From Heterodontus francisci (taxonomy: Eukaryota): a stretch of DNA of 64,000 nt. This document shows positions 59,905 through 64,000 of this stretch, piece after piece (the stretch's first letter is position 1; each line of letters begins with the position of its first letter). The DNA is taken from the NCBI RefSeq assembly GCF_036365525.1, contig NC_090380.1:60540712-60604711 (forward strand), read 5' to 3'. The notes beneath the pieces were generated by a model. It made no database searches. It was given only the letters and a program-made list of their open reading frames with translations, and was not told the DNA's origin. The translations under genes and the position numbers were made by a program.

Positions 59905-62900
59905 GTTAGATAAAAACTGAAAATGCTGGAAATACTCTGTAGATCAGTTAGTATCGGTGGACAGAGAAACAAAGTTTACATTTCAGTTCATGGACCTTTC
60001 ATCTGAACGCTATTGTCCAGGCGCAGGTGAAGCCTCGTGGCGCAGAGGGTAAGGCAGTGGAGGAAGATCTTGGCATCATGTGGAGCATGAAAGTCAGTGA
60101 GCTGGGGCATAATGGGATGAAGCTGAGGCCTTTGCTGAGGACTGATTGTTTGGGGTCACAGAGGGGAAGGTCAGAGGGTATAGTGAAAATGCAACAAGGG
60201 GTAAGATTGGAAAGAGGGGTGGGGTCAGAAGAAACTGCAAATTTAGAATGATCAGGAGGGGAGTGGTTGGTATCTAAGAATTGTTGAAGTCCTTGACACC
60301 TGAAAGGAAGAAAAAAAGTGTTTTGTTTACGCACCAAAGGAGGTAAAAACTGAAATAGTACTAAGGCAAGGACTGCTCAGAAATAAATTGAGTCAGTGAT
60401 GCTGAAGGGAAGGGTCAAGTTCTGATGAAAGATTATCAATCTAGTAATGTTGGGCAGGATTTTTGGGCCCCGCCGAGGTCTGAAACGGAGGCCTGAAAAT
60501 ACCAAAACCAGCCAATGTGTTGTTATCTTGACCTTGTTCCTGATGATAGCATTTTGGACAAGGTAGATTCAGGACCCACAGGGCTGCCTGCCCCCCACAA
60601 GGCAGGTAGCCAACTTAAGAGCCTTGTTAAAGGTAATTTAAGGAGGCCGAGTGGGACTTTCCAGTTGGCCTTCAGTTTCCCGATGCAGTGGGAAGCAAAT
60701 CAACTGCCTGGAGGTGGGAAACCAGCGGCAGGCTGGGGTGCCAGCACTCCAGGCAAGCCTACAAGCCCTCCCTGCCTTTCTGGTTGGGGGTGCAGCCAAA
60801 GGCTGCCCTGTAGAGGGATTTCCCCTTCACAGTGGTGGCCTGGCAGCTTTCCCTATTGTTTAGTTAAATTTTTCAGAAACTGGTTGGGAGGTTACCATCC
60901 TGTTGAAGTGCCCTCTCAGTTACTTACCATTCATTGCAGCCGCATATTTCTTTGATGCTAGCGGGCCTCTGATTGACCCTCCAGCTTTGAGGGCCTGCCC
61001 ACCACTTTTAATTGAATAGGGAACCTGTCTCCATGCCAATTCATGGGGTGCCCTCGTCAAAATCCCACTGAGTGACAAGGAGTAATCCAGAGTAAAATAA
61101 TTATTGGGGAAGGGCCAATTTCATTGGAGTGAGAATGGAACTGACCTAAGTGAATTGAAATCAAAGATTGGAAGGCGAAACTGTAACTAAACAATGGGCT
61201 GCTTTTAAAGAGGAGATAGCTCGGGTACAGTCAAGGTATATTCTCAAGAGGGGGAAAGGTAGGGCAAACAGATCCAGAGCTCCTTGGATAACGAAAAAGA
61301 TAGAAAGTAAGATGACATTGAAAAAGGGTGCATTTAACAGATGTCAGGGGGATAATACAATTGAGAACTAGGTTGAATATAGAAGGTTCAAAGGGGAAGT
61401 GAAAAAACAATTTAGAGAAGCAAAGAAAGAGTATAATAAGAGACTCATGGTTAACATAAAAGGGAATCTAAAAGTCTTTTATAGTCATATAAATACGAAA
61501 AGGCTGGTAAAAGGAGAAGTGGGGCCGATTAGGAATCTAAAATGGATTTATGCATGGAGGCAGAGGCCATGGCTGAAATACTAAATTAGTACTTTGCATC
61601 TGTCTTTACCAAGGGAGAAGAGGCTGCCCAAATCATGGTGAAAGAGGAGGTAGTTGAGAAACTGGATGGGCTAAAAATTGCTAAAGAGGAGGTATTAGAT
61701 AGACTGGCTGTACTTAAAGTTGATAAGTCACCAGGACCAGATGACACATAACTGAGGTAACATAGGGAAGTAAGGGTAGAAATTGCAGAGGCACTGGCCG
61801 TAATCTTCCAATCCTCCTTAGATACAGTTGTGGTGCCAGAGGACTGGAGAATTGCAAATGTTACACCCTTGTTCAAAAAAGGATATAAGGACAAGCTCAG
61901 TAACTACAGGACAGGTAGATTAACATAAGTGGTGGGAAAGCTTTTAGAAACAATAATTCGGGACAAAATTAAGAGTCACTTGGACAAATGTGTATTAATT
62001 AAGGAAAGCCAGCACTGATTTGTTAAGGGCAAATCGTGTTTAGCTAACTTGCTTGAGTTTTTTGATGAGGTAGCAGAAAAGGTCAATGAGAGTGATACGG
62101 TTGATGTGGTGTACATGGACTTCCAAAATGCATTTGATAAAGTGCCACATAACAAGCTTGTCAGAAAAGTTAGATCCCATGGAATAAATGGGATAGTAGC
62201 AGCATGGATACAAAATTGGCTGAGCGATAGGAAACTGAGAGTCAATGGTTGTTTTTCAGACTGGAGGAAGGTTTATAGTGGGGTTCCTCCCTGTTTTTCT
62301 TGATATATATTAATGACCTAGACTGGAGTGTATGGGGTACAATTTCAAAATTTGTGGATGACACAAAACTTAGAAATATTGTGAACTGTGAGGAGGATTG
62401 TTATAAACTTCAAGAGATGATAGACAGGCTGATGGAATGGGTGGACAAATGGCAGATGAAGTTTAATGCAGAAAAGTCTGAAGTGATTCATTTTGGTAGG
62501 AATAACGAGAAGAGACAATATAAATTAAAGGCTGCAATTATAAAGGGGGTGCTGGAGCAGAGGGAACTGGGCGTATATGTGCACAAGTCATTGAAGGTTC
62601 CAAGGCAGGTTGAGAAAACAGTTAATAAAGCCTATGGGATCCTGGGCTTAATAAATGGGGGCATAGAGTACAAAAACATGGAAGTTATGACAAGCCTGTA
62701 TAAAACATGGTTCGGCCTCAACTGGAGTACTGTGTTCAGTTCTGGGTACCACACTTTCGGAAGGATGGTAAGGCATTAGAGAGGGTGCAGAAAAGATTCA
62801 CGTGAATGGCTCCAGAGATGAGGAATTTCAGTTATGTGGATATGTTAGAGAAGATGGGTCTGTTCTCCTTGGAGAAGAGCAGACTAAAAAGAGATTTGAT

Positions 62901-63492
62901 AGAGATGTTCAAAATCGTGAGGGGTCTGGACAGAGTAGATAGAGAGAAACAGTTCCTATTGGCCAAAGAATCCAGAACCAGATGACACCAATTTAAGGTG
63001 ATTGGCAAAAGAAGCAACAGCAACAGGAGGAAAAATCTTTTTACACAGCGAGTGGTTAGGATCTGGAATGCACTGCCTGAGAGCGTGTTGGAGGCAGATT
63101 CAATCGAGACCTTCAAAAGAAAACTGGATACTTTTCTGAAGAGAAAAAAATTGCAGTACTGTGGGGAAAAGGCAGGGGAGTGGGACTAGGTAAGATACTC
63201 TTGCAGAGAGCTGGCAAGGAAAGATGGGCAGAATGACCTCCTTCTGTACTGTAACCATTCTATAATTCTGTGAGTGGCTGTTCTGCACCCCCCCCCCCCC
63301 CCCCCCATCCCCTGCACCCCAGGGCTGGGTTTGGCACACAGATACAGTACCAGCTCCTGTTTTACACCCCCAAAGCAAACATTCAGTCCATTAACTTTGT
63401 CTCTCTCTCTCCACAGATAGTGCCAGAGCTGCTAGTTCCAGCATTTTCTGTTTTTAGTTCAGATTTCCAGCATCCAGAATACTTTGTGTTTG
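59905..63492. mobile_element. Old inverted PLE remnant whose plus-strand pLTR is split by a MITE (~60452-63389) that itself contains a CR1
   Basis: Minus pLTR end at 59905-60010; PLE ORF piece at 60020-60300; GTTCTGATGAAAG at 60420 continues as TTAACTTTGTCTC...CAGATTTCCAGCATCC at 63391-63480. Confidence 0.65.
61075..63270 (+). mobile_element. CR1 LINE, 5'-truncated and decayed
   Basis: ORF fragments APWITK, VDVVYMDFQNAFDKVPH, KFVDDTKL, WQMKFNAEK, FTQRVVRIWNALP; TTCTAT-type tail. Confidence 0.9.
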
Positions 63493-63608
63493 TTTCAGTT
63501 ACCTAAATGATTGGCAGACACCCAACAATCATATGACAAATATAGATTTACTTTTTCTGGGAAATATGAAAGTTGTGGCATGCATGAACTTCGGCTGCAT
63601 TGAGTCAT

Positions 63609-64000
63609 GGGGGAATTTTATGCTCTCCGCCATGGTAGGTTTGGAGGCGAGGATAGCATAAAATTGGGAGAGATGGTGGCAGGGGGTGTTCTCGCCACCA
63701 TTCTGTCTCCACCAAAATTTAGTCCGGGGCGAGAAGTCTGTTCACAAGCCTTCCCGTCCCATCGCCAATTGAGGCCCTTAACTGGACAATTAACACCCAA
63801 TTAAGGGCCTATTCTCTCCACAGCTGCAATTAACCATAAGGCAGGGAACTCTGTCGCAGCACAGGAAGAATGGCACAAAAAACCATGTGGGCTGCTTCCC
63901 GGCTCTGGAGGGGGAGTGATGCGGGTCTCTGGTTAAAAGGCACTTAGTGCCTGAGCAAGGGACCAGACATTGGGAAGGGGAGGGGCGGGGGGGGCGAACC
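63609..64000. mobile_element. Start of another GC-rich MITE-like repeat (runs off window)
   Basis: GGGGGAATTTTA terminus and internal CAATTGAGGCCCTTAA motif shared with 25295-25946. Confidence 0.5.

Overview
Vertebrate genomic DNA, almost certainly an elasmobranch (shark/ray), judged from HE1-type V-SINE, HER1/CR1 and DeuSINE repeats. It is very transposon-rich. One host gene is visible on the + strand, a CD200 (OX-2)-like Ig-superfamily gene. It has a signal-peptide exon at 24652-24697, a ~31.5-kb intron, and two tandemly duplicated, in-frame Ig V exons (56243-56578, 59496-59831); the gene continues beyond the window. Upstream lies a 10-kb defective provirus on the - strand (2423-12420). It has two ~770-bp LTRs, a perfect tRNA-Ser PBS and a PPT, almost no gag/pol, and a decayed env resembling an F-type class I fusion protein (lokiretrovirus-like). 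It is flanked by a ~103-bp duplication instead of a 4-6-bp TSD. The CD200 introns hold five Penelope-like insertions with minimal hammerhead ribozymes, four of them fold-back structures of 0.2 to 5.1 kb. Intron 1 also holds a 14-kb deeply nested Gypsy element, young RTE LINEs, Harbinger-like MITEs and a local ~1.5-kb duplication. All family assignments come from motif recognition by eye, not database searches; boundaries not anchored by a TSD or terminal motif are approximate.
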